Below are positions 6,633-14,567 of a DNA stretch of 22,351 bases, piece by piece; the first letter of the stretch is position 1; each line of letters begins with the position of its first letter. The translations under genes were made by a program, and so were the position numbers. The stretch comes from a virus. The notes below the pieces were generated by a model. It did not search any database, was not told the origin of the DNA, and was given only the letters and a program-made list of their open reading frames with translations. The stretch is taken from UHGV virus genome UHGV-0193089; one strand, 5' to 3'.

Positions 6633-7523
6633 ATGGGCGTCGTTAAGTTAGCTGATTACAGGCATAACCCTGTACAACATCAGGAGGCATCCAGTATGGG
6701 GTATGTCTCTATACATCGCCAGTTTATGGACAGCAGGCTCTATAAGGACTCTCAGGCAGTACATCTTTGGCTTCACTTAATCCTCAAGGCTAATCACGAA
6801 TCTACTGTCGTCAATACGGATATCGGTCCGATAACTGTTGATCGCGGTCAGATGATAACTGGACGCCCGTCGCTGGTCAGAGAAACATTCATCCCCGACA
6901 ACAAAGTTCGGAGCTTATTACGGACTTTTGAGTCGAAAGGTATGCTTAATATTTGCTCGATGGGGAAGAAATTTAGCCTGTTTACAATCGTTAAATATGA
7001 CGATTTTCAGGCAAAAAATTGTCCAACGGTTGTCCAACAGTTGTCCAACGCAAACACCAGTAATGGTGCGGCTCTCAGCGGAGATTGTCCAACGGTTGTC
7101 CAACGGTTGTCCATAAACAATAATATAAATAATATCTCTAATACTGACGTATTAGAGAGTGCTACAGCAGACAAAAAGTCTGACAAGAAAAAACCTTCCG
7201 TTAGCTGTCAGGATGTTGTCGATGCTTACCACGAAATCCTTCCTGAAGCGCCAAAAATCCGCGCACTGAATGACAAGCGTAAAAACCAGATCCGAACGTT
7301 CTGGCGCAAAGCCGGAGTGATAACCCGCCAGCTTGACGGGCATGGGTTCACGATGCAGGACTGGAGAAATTATTTGAGCTACGTAGGCGAAAATTGCCGA
7401 TGGATGTTCGAAGAGCGCCCAAACCATCAGCGCGGAACCGTCTGGCACAAAAAGGGATTTGATTTCCTGCTTAACGATAATACCTACCTGAAAGTTCGTG
7501 AGGGTGAACACGATGACCGATAA
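6633..7523 (+). CDS. replication initiation protein (lambda O / P22 gp18 functional class) containing the origin iterons
   Basis: 296 aa; AGGAG SD; internal 11-bp direct repeats and an AT-rich tract typical of ori-within-initiator genes; followed by a DnaB-like helicase. Confidence 0.8.
   Translation: MGVVKLADYRHNPVQHQEASSMGYVSIHRQFMDSRLYKDSQAVHLWLHLILKANHESTVVNTDIGPITVDRGQMITGRPSLVRETFIPDNKVRSLLRTFESKGMLNICSMGKKFSLFTIVKYDDFQAKNCPTVVQQLSNANTSNGAALSGDCPTVVQRLSINNNINNISNTDVLESATADKKSDKKKPSVSCQDVVDAYHEILPEAPKIRALNDKRKNQIRTFWRKAGVITRQLDGHGFTMQDWRNYLSYVGENCRWMFEERPNHQRGTVWHKKGFDFLLNDNTYLKVREGEHDDR
7019..7117 (+). repeat. origin iterons: six copies of an 11-bp repeat (TTGTCCAACGG consensus) in two triplets
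   Basis: Copies at 7019, 7030, 7041 and 7085, 7096, 7107 (last degenerate, TTGTCCATAAA), separated by a 33-bp spacer; followed by an AT-rich stretch 7118-7160. Translates as the repeated CPTVVQQLSN/CPTVVQRLS motif. Confidence 0.75.
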
Positions 7524-8949
7524 TTTTTATGCGCCGCCCCATAGCATCGAGGCAGAGCAGGCGGTGATTGGTGGATTGCTTCTGGATGATGACAGCAGTG
7601 AGCGCGTCCAGAAAGTTCTGGCGATGCTGAAGCCTGATTCATTTTACAGCCGACCACACAAAATCATTTTCGAAGAAATAACCAGAATGCACCGGGAGCA
7701 AAAGCCAGTAGATGGCCTGACGCTTTTCGATGAACTGGAGCGTAAATCGTTAACGGCGTCTGTTGGCGGTTTTGCTTATATCGCTGAGATCGCAAAGAAC
7801 ACGCCAAGCGCCGCAAACATCGTTGCCTATGCAATGCAGGTTCGCGAAACCGCAATGGAACGCTACGCCATCAACCGCATGACTGAAGCGACGGAATTGC
7901 TCTATTCCCGCAACGGAATGACTGCAACGCAGAAGTACGAAGCTATTCAGGCGATTTTCACGCAACTGACAGACCATGCAAAAACCGGATCGCGTCGCGG
8001 CCTTCGCTCATTTGGTGAGGTCATGGAAGACTGGGTTAGCGACCTTGAGAAGCGATTTGACCCGTCAGGCGAACAACGAGGAATGAGCACAGGGATCCCA
8101 TCGCTGGACAGGATGCTGTCACCGAAAGGTCTGGTGAAAGGCTCTCTGTTTGTCATTGGCGCTCGCCCTAAGATGGGGAAAACGACGCTATACAGCCAGA
8201 TGGCAATCAACTGCGCAGTGCATGAGAAAAAGCCCGCTCTGATGTTCAGCCTTGAAATGCCCGGTGACCAGATACTGGAAAAACTGGTAGGACAGAAGTC
8301 AGGTGTTAACCCGAATATTTTTTACCTTCCGGCGACAAATGACGCTGATGACGGCTATCAGGGTGATTACGATGGTGACTTCAACAGGGCGATCGAAACA
8401 GCCAATCGCTTAAGTGAAATCGACCTGCTTTACATCGACGACACGCCGGGATTATCTCTGGCTCAAATCGTCAGCGAAAGCCGTCGAATCAAGCGAGAAA
8501 AAGGATGTGTTGGCATGATTCTGGTCGATTACCTGACACTAATGACCGCTGAAAAGGCCGATCGCAACGACCTTGCTTACGGCATGATCACCAAAGGACT
8601 GAAGAACCTTGCCAAAGAGCTTGATTGCGTTGTTGTGCTTTTGACACAGCTTAACCGCGCACTGGAAAGCCGAACCAATAAACGCCCATTACCAAGTGAC
8701 TCGCGAGATACAGGGCAGATTGAACAGGATTGCGATTATTGGGTGGGGATCCATCGGGAAGGTGCTTTTGATGACAGCGTTCCTCCTGGTGAAACCGAAC
8801 TAATCCTTCGTCTCAATCGTCATGGCAATACCGGCACGGTGTATTGCATTCAGGCAAATGGCGCTATTTATGACACAGACCAACAGTCTGCTGAAATGCG
8901 CCGACGTGAACGCGAGGAACCGCAGTCCAAGAAGAAAGGAGGATTCTGA
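7513..8949 (+). CDS. replicative DNA helicase, DnaB family (P22 gp12-like)
   Basis: Start set to ATG 7513 (Met6 of the track ORF, which begins at a GTG) with GAGGGTGA SD; Walker A GARPKMGKT; DnaB-like N-terminus HSIEAEQAVIGGLLLD. Confidence 0.9.
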   Translation: MTDNFYAPPHSIEAEQAVIGGLLLDDDSSERVQKVLAMLKPDSFYSRPHKIIFEEITRMHREQKPVDGLTLFDELERKSLTASVGGFAYIAEIAKNTPSAANIVAYAMQVRETAMERYAINRMTEATELLYSRNGMTATQKYEAIQAIFTQLTDHAKTGSRRGLRSFGEVMEDWVSDLEKRFDPSGEQRGMSTGIPSLDRMLSPKGLVKGSLFVIGARPKMGKTTLYSQMAINCAVHEKKPALMFSLEMPGDQILEKLVGQKSGVNPNIFYLPATNDADDGYQGDYDGDFNRAIETANRLSEIDLLYIDDTPGLSLAQIVSESRRIKREKGCVGMILVDYLTLMTAEKADRNDLAYGMITKGLKNLAKELDCVVVLLTQLNRALESRTNKRPLPSDSRDTGQIEQDCDYWVGIHREGAFDDSVPPGETELILRLNRHGNTGTVYCIQANGAIYDTDQQSAEMRRREREEPQSKKKGGF

Positions 8950-8977
8950 TGACCATCTACATCACTGAGCTAATAAC

Positions 8978-9009
8978 AGGCCTGCTGGTAATCGCAGGCC
9001 TTTTTATTT
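8978..9009 (+). terminator. intrinsic terminator after the helicase gene (tR2-like position)
   Basis: AGGCCTGC-TGGTAATC-GCAGGCCT followed by TTTTTATTT; 8-bp perfect stem. Confidence 0.65.
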
Positions 9010-9024
9010 GGGGGAGAGTAAATC

Positions 9025-9231
9025 GTGGTTGAGTTGATTTTCTCTGCATTGAGGATTCTCGGTGCTATGTGGATGGTGGCGACGTTCATTGTGGTTGCCA
9101 GCAGTTTTGTCCGGTTGGTAGGCGAAGGTAAAGACCTGGTTGGTGTGCTTTTCGGTAGCATTTTCCTGTGGGTGATTATCGGTGTTATGCCTGTTGTCGT
9201 AGCAAAAGTGGCGTGGCGTTTTGTTAGTTGA
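9025..9231 (+). CDS. small hydrophobic membrane protein (68 aa, two predicted TM helices)
   Basis: GTG start at 9025 with GGGGGAGAG SD 6 nt upstream; sequence almost entirely hydrophobic (MVELIFSALRILGAMWMVATFIVVASSF...). Confidence 0.5.
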   Translation: MVELIFSALRILGAMWMVATFIVVASSFVRLVGEGKDLVGVLFGSIFLWVIIGVMPVVVAKVAWRFVS

Positions 9232-9238
9232 GGTGACA

Positions 9239-9649
9239 ATGAAGCAAACAATCTTCCTCCGAACTAAGCAACAACAGCAAGCCGCAATAAATGCCATCCT
9301 CGCAACACCACTCGATAAAGACAAGCCAGTCACCATCCGCATTACTGACTACAAGCGCAACCTTGACCAGAACGCAAAATTTCACGTGATGCTAGCGGAT
9401 ATCGCTCGTCAGGTTCAATGGTGCGGAAAATGGTTAAAACCAGAACAATGGAAGGTTTTGTTGATTAGCGGTCATGCAGTGGCAACAAAGCAGGAAGCTG
9501 ATGTTTTGCCCGGCCTTGAAGGCGAATACGTCAACATTCGCGAAAGTAGCGCGCAGATGAGTGTGAAGCGTATGGCAAGTCTGATTGAGTACACGACAGC
9601 ATGGGCTATTGGTCAGGGCGTCAGATTTACCGACAGGAGGTACGAATGA
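9239..9649 (+). CDS. ninB: NinB (Orf-family recombination mediator)
   Basis: Met7 of track ORF with GAGGTGA SD; motifs [32 protein letters not shown] parallel lambda NinB as recalled. Confidence 0.85.
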   Translation: MKQTIFLRTKQQQQAAINAILATPLDKDKPVTIRITDYKRNLDQNAKFHVMLADIARQVQWCGKWLKPEQWKVLLISGHAVATKQEADVLPGLEGEYVNIRESSAQMSVKRMASLIEYTTAWAIGQGVRFTDRRYE

Positions 9650-9822
9650 GACGACAGCGACGAAGTATCACCGACATAATCTGCGAAAACTGCAAATACC
9701 TTCCAACGAAACGCTCCAGAAATAAACCCAAGCCAATCCCGAAAGAATCTGACGTAAAAACCTTCAACTACACGGCTCACCTGTGGGATATCCGGTGGCT
9801 AAGACATCGTGCGAGGAAATGA
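9646..9822 (+). CDS. ninE: NinE
   Basis: Met16 of track ORF; ATGA overlap with the ninB stop; [23 protein letters not shown]...[15 protein letters not shown] matches lambda NinE as recalled. Confidence 0.8.
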   Translation: MRRQRRSITDIICENCKYLPTKRSRNKPKPIPKESDVKTFNYTAHLWDIRWLRHRARK

Positions 9823-10226
9823 CAATGCTTTTAATTCAACCTGGATTTGGCCTTAGCATCCAAAAAGGCCACATGTTTGGCGAGAAAGAGTCACAACGAA
9901 AAATGGTGTCTATCCGGTTGCCATTTATCAGTATTTATTGGCTAAACAGGGAGGCAACAAATTATTGGTATACATGCGCCAGAGCAGCATTTAACGACCC
10001 TGACTGGTTTGTTAAAAACCACCACGCAGTTCGTCAGGCAAAGAGAAAGGCCAACATGACATACATGAAGGCGTATCAAAAAGCATGGAAAGAACACCGC
10101 GATCGATACCAACAAGACATGGAAAAGCTTGAATCAGAAAACATGGAATTAAGACGAAAGCTCGGTGAAGCAAAACGAGACATTGATGCTTACAAGCGAC
10201 TTTTTAATGGTGAAAGCCATGCTTAG
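9819..10226 (+). CDS. hypothetical nin-region protein (135 aa), coiled-coil C-terminus
   Basis: Met13 of track ORF with GAGGA SD and ATGA overlap with the ninE stop; no family recognised. Confidence 0.6.
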   Translation: MTMLLIQPGFGLSIQKGHMFGEKESQRKMVSIRLPFISIYWLNREATNYWYTCARAAFNDPDWFVKNHHAVRQAKRKANMTYMKAYQKAWKEHRDRYQQDMEKLESENMELRRKLGEAKRDIDAYKRLFNGESHA

Positions 10227-10395
10227 CCCATCCCAAACCCTTCAATACCAGAAAGAAAGCGTCGAGCGAGCTTTAACGTGCGCTAACTGCGGTCAGAAGC
10301 TGCATGTGCTGGAAGTTCACGTGTGTGAGCACTGCTGCGCAGAACTGATGAGCGATCCGAATAGCTCAATGTACGAGGAAGAAGACGATGAGTGA
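10219..10395 (+). CDS. ninF: NinF
   Basis: Met19 of track ORF; [51 protein letters not shown] matches lambda NinF as recalled; CxxC...CxxC motif. Confidence 0.8.
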   Translation: MLSPSQTLQYQKESVERALTCANCGQKLHVLEVHVCEHCCAELMSDPNSSMYEEEDDE

Positions 10396-10657
10396 TTTCT
10401 CTGAGCTTATTTCCTTCAAAAAAGACAGAGAAGAAATGCGGACTGAATCTGTCTATTACGTTCAACACCGGAATAAACGCTCGGTGCTTGATCAGGAGTT
10501 GGTTATTACCGGAGACCTGGCATTCAGAACATATAAGGCCAGCATGGAAATGAAGGATTTCCCTAAATGTGGTTCTGAAAGAGAAGCCGCGTTAAAGCTG
10601 GCTGAGTGGATGCAGAGAATGGCTGCTGCAATTGAGAATTACTGGAGTGAACCATAA
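10388..10657 (+). CDS. hypothetical nin-region protein (89 aa)
   Basis: Track ORF; ATG overlaps the ninF stop; no family recognised. Confidence 0.65.
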   Translation: MSDFSELISFKKDREEMRTESVYYVQHRNKRSVLDQELVITGDLAFRTYKASMEMKDFPKCGSEREAALKLAEWMQRMAAAIENYWSEP

Positions 10658-10947
10658 TGGCTAACCTACGCAAAGAAGCGCGCGGCAGAGAATGCCAGGT
10701 ACGTATTTACGGCGTATGCAATGGCAATCCTGAAACTACAGTTCTGGCACATTACCGGATGGCTGGAATTTGCGGAACTGGAATGAAGCCTGACGACCTG
10801 ATCGGCGCATGGGCTTGTAGCGCGTGTCACGATGAAATCGACCGACGCACCCATAATCTCGACAACAAAGACGCCAGACTTTACCACCTCGAAGGCGTGA
10901 TCAGGACGCAGGCGATACTGCTGAAGGAGGGGAAGATTAAGTCATGA
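10657..10947 (+). CDS. hypothetical Cys-rich protein (96 aa), possible zinc ribbon
   Basis: Track ORF with TAATG overlap to the upstream gene; cysteines at RECQ, GVCNG, GICGTG and ACSACH. Confidence 0.65.
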   Translation: MANLRKEARGRECQVRIYGVCNGNPETTVLAHYRMAGICGTGMKPDDLIGAWACSACHDEIDRRTHNLDNKDARLYHLEGVIRTQAILLKEGKIKS

Positions 10948-11339
10948 AAACCTACCGAATAAAATTGCCGTGGCCTCCTTCAAACAACCGATATTGGCGA
11001 CACTCAAGAGGGATCCACTACATCAGCGACTGGGGGAAGAGATACCAAGAAGAAGTAATCGAATTAATCCAGCAACAACAGCTAGACATCAAAATCACAC
11101 CTCGCATCAGAATAACCATCCACGCAGCACCTCCCGATAACCGCAAACGAGATTTGGACAATCTGCCAAAAGCCGTTTTTGACGCACTCACCAGTGCGGG
11201 CTTCTGGCTGGATGACGGTCAGATAGACGATATGCGCGTCATTCGCTATCAGGCGATTAAAGGTGGAATGCTTTTGTTGGTTGTGACTGAAACATGCGGC
11301 AGTTTGCCAATGATTACAGAGCTACTGGAGGCCGCATGA
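10944..11339 (+). CDS. rusA: RusA-family Holliday junction resolvase
   Basis: 131 aa; LPWPPSNNRYWRH...RDLDNLPKAVFDALTSAGFWLDDGQIDD matches the RusA catalytic motifs as recalled. Confidence 0.9.
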   Translation: MKTYRIKLPWPPSNNRYWRHSRGIHYISDWGKRYQEEVIELIQQQQLDIKITPRIRITIHAAPPDNRKRDLDNLPKAVFDALTSAGFWLDDGQIDDMRVIRYQAIKGGMLLLVVTETCGSLPMITELLEAA

Positions 11340-11542
11340 CGTTCTCAGTAAAAACCATTCCAGACATGCTCGTTGAAGCATACGGAAACCAGACAGAAGT
11401 AGCACGCAGACTGAAATGTAGTCGCGGCACGGTCAGAAAATACGTTGATGATAAAGACGGGAAAATGCACGCCATCGTCAACGACGTTCTTATGGTTCAT
11501 CGCGGATGGAGTGAAAGAGATGCGCTATTACGAAAGAATTGA
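11336..11542 (+). CDS. ninH: NinH
   Basis: Met15 of track ORF with ATGA overlap to the rusA stop; [39 protein letters not shown] matches lambda NinH as recalled. Confidence 0.8.
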   Translation: MTFSVKTIPDMLVEAYGNQTEVARRLKCSRGTVRKYVDDKDGKMHAIVNDVLMVHRGWSERDALLRKN

Positions 11543-12185
11543 TGGCAGCAAATACCGAAATATTTGGGTAGTTGGCGATCTGCACGGATGCTACACGAAC
11601 ATGATGAAAAAACTGGAGACGATAGGATTCGACACCAAAAAAGACCTGCTTATCTCGGTTGGCGATTTGGTTGATCGCGGTACAGAGAACGTCGAATGTA
11701 TGGAATTAATCACATTCCCCTGGTTCAGAGCTGTACGTGGAAACCATGAGCAAATGATGATTGATGGCTTATCAGAGCGTGGAAACGTTAATCACTGGCT
11801 GCTTAATGGCGGTGGCTGGTTCTTTAATCTCGATTACGACAAAGAAATTCTGGCTAAAGCTCTTGCCCATAAAGCAGAAGAACTTCCGTTAATCATCGAA
11901 CTGGTGAGCAAAGGTAAAAAATATGTCATCTGCCACGCCGATTATCCTTGTGACGAATACGAATTTGGAAAGCCAGTTGATCCTCAGCAGGTAATCTGGA
12001 ACCGCGAACGAATCAGTAACTCACAAGACGGGATCGTGAAAGAAATCAAAGGCGCGGACACGTTCATCTTTGGTCATACGCCAGCAGTGAAACCACTTAA
12101 ATTTGCCAACCAAATGTATATCGATACCGGCGCAGTGTTCTGCGGAAACCTCACATTGATTCAGGTACAGGGAGAAGGCGCATGA
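11520..12185 (+). CDS. Ser/Thr protein phosphatase (lambda PPase type, calcineurin-like metallophosphatase)
   Basis: Met26 of track ORF; GDLHGCY, GDLVDRG and GNHE metallophosphatase motifs; matches the lambda 221-aa phosphatase from memory. Confidence 0.9.
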   Translation: MRYYERIDGSKYRNIWVVGDLHGCYTNMMKKLETIGFDTKKDLLISVGDLVDRGTENVECMELITFPWFRAVRGNHEQMMIDGLSERGNVNHWLLNGGGWFFNLDYDKEILAKALAHKAEELPLIIELVSKGKKYVICHADYPCDEYEFGKPVDPQQVIWNRERISNSQDGIVKEIKGADTFIFGHTPAVKPLKFANQMYIDTGAVFCGNLTLIQVQGEGA

Positions 12186-12805
12186 GACTCGAAAGCGTAG
12201 CTAAATTTCATTCGCCAAAAAGCCCGATGATGAGCGACTCACCACGGGCCACGGCTTCTGACTCTCTTTCCGGTACTGATGTGATGGCTGCTATGGGGAT
12301 GGCGCAATCACAAGCCGGATTCGGAATGGCTGCATTCTGCGGTAAGCATGAACTCAGCCAGAACGACAAACAAAAGGCTATCAACTATCTGATGCAATTT
12401 GCACACAAGGTATCGGGGAAATACCGTGGCGTGGCAAAGCTTGAAGGAAATACTAAGGCAAAGGTACTGCAAGTGCTCGCAACATTCGCTTATGCGGATT
12501 ATTGCCGTAGTGCCGCTACGCCGGGCGCAAGGTGCAGAGATTGCCACGGTACAGGCCGTGCGGTAGATATAGCAAAAACAGAGCAGTGGGGGAGAGTTGT
12601 TGAGAAAGAGTGCGGAAGATGCAAAGGCGTCGGCTATTCCAGGATGCCAGCAAGCGCCGCATATCGCGCTGTAACGATGCTAATCCCAAACCTTACCCAA
12701 CCCACCTGGTCACGCACTGTTAAGCCGCTGTATGACGCTCTGGTGGTGCAATGCCACAAAGAAGAGTCAATCGCAGACAACATTTTGAATGCGGTCACAC
12801 GTTAG
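12182..12805 (+). CDS. Q: late-gene antiterminator Q (lambda type)
   Basis: 207 aa; [27 protein letters not shown]... and the CRDCHGTG...CGRCKG zinc motif match lambda Q as recalled; followed by a pR'-like promoter. Confidence 0.92.
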   Translation: MRLESVAKFHSPKSPMMSDSPRATASDSLSGTDVMAAMGMAQSQAGFGMAAFCGKHELSQNDKQKAINYLMQFAHKVSGKYRGVAKLEGNTKAKVLQVLATFAYADYCRSAATPGARCRDCHGTGRAVDIAKTEQWGRVVEKECGRCKGVGYSRMPASAAYRAVTMLIPNLTQPTWSRTVKPLYDALVVQCHKEESIADNILNAVTR

Positions 12806-12847
12806 CAGCATGATTACCACGGATGGCAACATATTAACGGCATGATA

Positions 12848-12884
12848 TTGACTTTTTGAATAAAGTTGGGTAAATTTGACCCAA
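12848..12884 (+). promoter_or_regulatory. late promoter pR' with overlapping Q-utilisation region
   Basis: -35 TTGACT (12848-12853), 17-nt spacer, -10 TAAATT (12871-12876); flanking sequence resembles lambda pR'/qut as recalled. Confidence 0.65.
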
Positions 12885-12912
12885 CGATGGATAAATGCAC
12901 TCGTTAAATAAA

Positions 12913-12946
12913 GCCCTGAGTTAATATCTCGGGGCTTTTTGCGTTT
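12913..12946 (+). terminator. intrinsic terminator about 30-60 nt downstream of the pR' start
   Basis: GCCCTGAG-TTAATAT-CTCGGGGC (one G-U pair) followed by TTTTTGCGTTTT. Confidence 0.5.
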
Positions 12947-13083
12947 TAAGCACGGCCTTTCTGAAAGCACATCAAACCAAATACCAGACAGACAAAAATA
13001 ATCACCTTATCCGCTGTGGCTACGGTGCGGTGTGCTTTGCATAAAAGAAAACCAGCGCAATGGCTGGCTTCGTGAAAGCGGGT

Positions 13084-13119
13084 GGCATGAGGTTGCCCTA
13101 ACAACCTCCTGCCGTTTTG
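13084..13119 (+). terminator. second terminator-like hairpin (lambda tR'-like)
   Basis: GGCATGAGG-TTGCCCTAACAA-CCTCCTGCC (one mismatch) followed by GTTTTG. Confidence 0.5.
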
Positions 13120-13238
13120 CCCGTGCATATCGGTCACGAACAAATCTGATTACTAAACACAGTAGCCTGGATTTGTTCTATCAGTAATCGACCTTATTCC
13201 TAATTAAATAGAGCAAATCCCCTTATTGGGGGTAAGAC

Positions 13239-13562
13239 ATGAAGATGCCAGAAAAAAATGACCTGTTAGCCGCCATTCTCGCGGCAAAGGAACAAGGCAT
13301 CGGGGCAATCCTTGCGTTTGCAATGGCGTACCTTCGCGGCAGATATAATGGCGGTGCGTTTACAAAAACAGTAATCGACGCAACGATGTGCGCCATTATC
13401 GCCTGGTTCATTCGTGACCTTCTCGACTTCGCCGGACTAAGTAGCAATCTCGCTTATATAACGAGCGTGTTCATCGGCTACATCGGTACTGACTCGATTG
13501 GTTCGCTTATCAAACGCTTCGCTGCTAAAAAAGCCGGAGTAGAAGATGGTGGAAATCAATAA
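13239..13562 (+). CDS. S: holin S (class I), dual-start MKM motif
   Basis: 107 aa; [36 protein letters not shown]... matches lambda S as recalled; Met1/Met3 antiholin/holin starts. Confidence 0.95.
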   Translation: MKMPEKNDLLAAILAAKEQGIGAILAFAMAYLRGRYNGGAFTKTVIDATMCAIIAWFIRDLLDFAGLSSNLAYITSVFIGYIGTDSIGSLIKRFAAKKAGVEDGGNQ

Positions 13563-14022
13563 TCAACGTAAGGCGTTCCTCGATATGCTGGCATGGTCAG
13601 AGGGAACTGATAACGGACGGCAGAAAACCAGAAATCATGGTTATGACGTCATTGTAGGAGGAGAGCTATTCACTGATTACTCCGATCACCCTCGCAAACT
13701 TGTCACGCTAAACCCCAAACTCAAATCAACAGCCGCCGGACGCTATCAGCTTCTTTCCCGTTGGTGGGATGCTTACCGTAAACAGCTTGGACTGAAAGAT
13801 TTCTCTCCGAAAAGTCAGGACGCTGTAGCTCTGCAGCAGATTAAAGAGCGTGGTGCTTTACCGATGATTGACCGCGGCAGTATTCGTCAGGCAATCGACC
13901 GTTGCAGCAATATCTGGGCGTCGTTACCTGGTGCAGGTTACGGTCAGTATGAACATAAAATCGGTGACCTGATTGCCCGATTTAAAAAAGCTGGTGGGGT
14001 AGTAAATGAAGCTGAGATATAA
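13546..14022 (+). CDS. R: endolysin R (lytic transglycosylase)
   Basis: 158 aa; [49 protein letters not shown]... matches lambda R as recalled. Confidence 0.95.
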   Translation: MVEINNQRKAFLDMLAWSEGTDNGRQKTRNHGYDVIVGGELFTDYSDHPRKLVTLNPKLKSTAAGRYQLLSRWWDAYRKQLGLKDFSPKSQDAVALQQIKERGALPMIDRGSIRQAIDRCSNIWASLPGAGYGQYEHKIGDLIARFKKAGGVVNEAEI

Positions 14023-14398
14023 GCTGGTTATTGTTGCCTTCGTTGTTACCGTCATTGGTTCCTTCATCTGGTCTGCTGGGCATTACTACAGCAAATATCA
14101 GCACGAAAAGGAGCGTGCTGATGAGGCTGTACGAAATGCTGAATCAGCAACTGCCATTACCCGTAACGTTCTGCAATCACTGCAAATCATCAATACAGTT
14201 ATAGAGGCTAACCAGCATGCAAAAGAGCAGATCGCACTGGACGCATCGGGAGCCTCGGCTGATATCCGGGTTGCTGTTGCGAATGATGATTGCACTAATC
14301 GCCCTGTCCCTGCTGGCGCAGTTAAGCGGCTGCAACAATTCGCGAACGGTCTACGTCAAAGTGCCGGTAGTCCCGTTACCGGCCAGCCTGACGGCTGA
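14006..14398 (+). CDS. Rz: i-spanin (Rz-like): N-terminal TM helix plus coiled-coil periplasmic domain
   Basis: 130 aa directly after R; hydrophobic LVIVAFVVTVIGSFIW segment then a charged helical region; contains the start of an out-of-frame lipoprotein ORF. Confidence 0.8.
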   Translation: MKLRYKLVIVAFVVTVIGSFIWSAGHYYSKYQHEKERADEAVRNAESATAITRNVLQSLQIINTVIEANQHAKEQIALDASGASADIRVAVANDDCTNRPVPAGAVKRLQQFANGLRQSAGSPVTGQPDG

Positions 14399-14540
14399 CA
14401 CCCCGCAACCGGAAATCCCTGACAACCTGACGTGGGGCCAGAGCCTAGATTTAAACGTCAGTCTCCTATCAGCGCTTGGGCAGTGCAACCGGGATAAGGC
14501 AGATATTAGGCAAGCTGTAAAGAAACAAGCGGGCCAATAA
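14283..14540 (+). CDS. Rz1: o-spanin (Rz1-like outer-membrane lipoprotein)
   Basis: +1-frame ORF starting inside Rz; signal peptide MMIALIALSLLAQLSGC with lipobox LSGC; Pro-rich mature part. Start uncertain (track ORF begins at 14217). Confidence 0.65.
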   Translation: MMIALIALSLLAQLSGCNNSRTVYVKVPVVPLPASLTADTPQPEIPDNLTWGQSLDLNVSLLSALGQCNRDKADIRQAVKKQAGQ

Positions 14541-14546
14541 GCCCGC
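14529..14546 (-). terminator. candidate terminator hairpin for the antisense moron transcript
   Basis: GCGGGC/GCCCGC 6-bp stem with a 6-nt loop containing the Rz1 stop; on the minus strand followed by UUGUUUCU; sits 21 nt past the ClpP-like stop. Confidence 0.35.
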
Positions 14547-14567
14547 ACTTATGGAGGATTCAAAATG

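Noticed and set aside
6918-7116. Track ORFs 6918..7103 (minus) and 6928..7116 (plus) over the iteron block; possibility of a CRISPR-like array
   Set aside because: The repeats are contiguous 11-bp iterons without spacers inside the initiator coding frame, which is ori architecture; the overlapping ORFs are repeat-induced artefacts.
7664-8210. Minus-strand track ORFs inside the helicase gene (7664..7855, 7750..7977, 7947..8210)
   Set aside because: Antisense to a gene with clear DnaB motifs.
8970-9342. Minus-strand track ORFs 8970..9251 and 9004..9342
   Set aside because: Antisense to the small membrane ORF and ninB, running across a plus-strand terminator; no SD.
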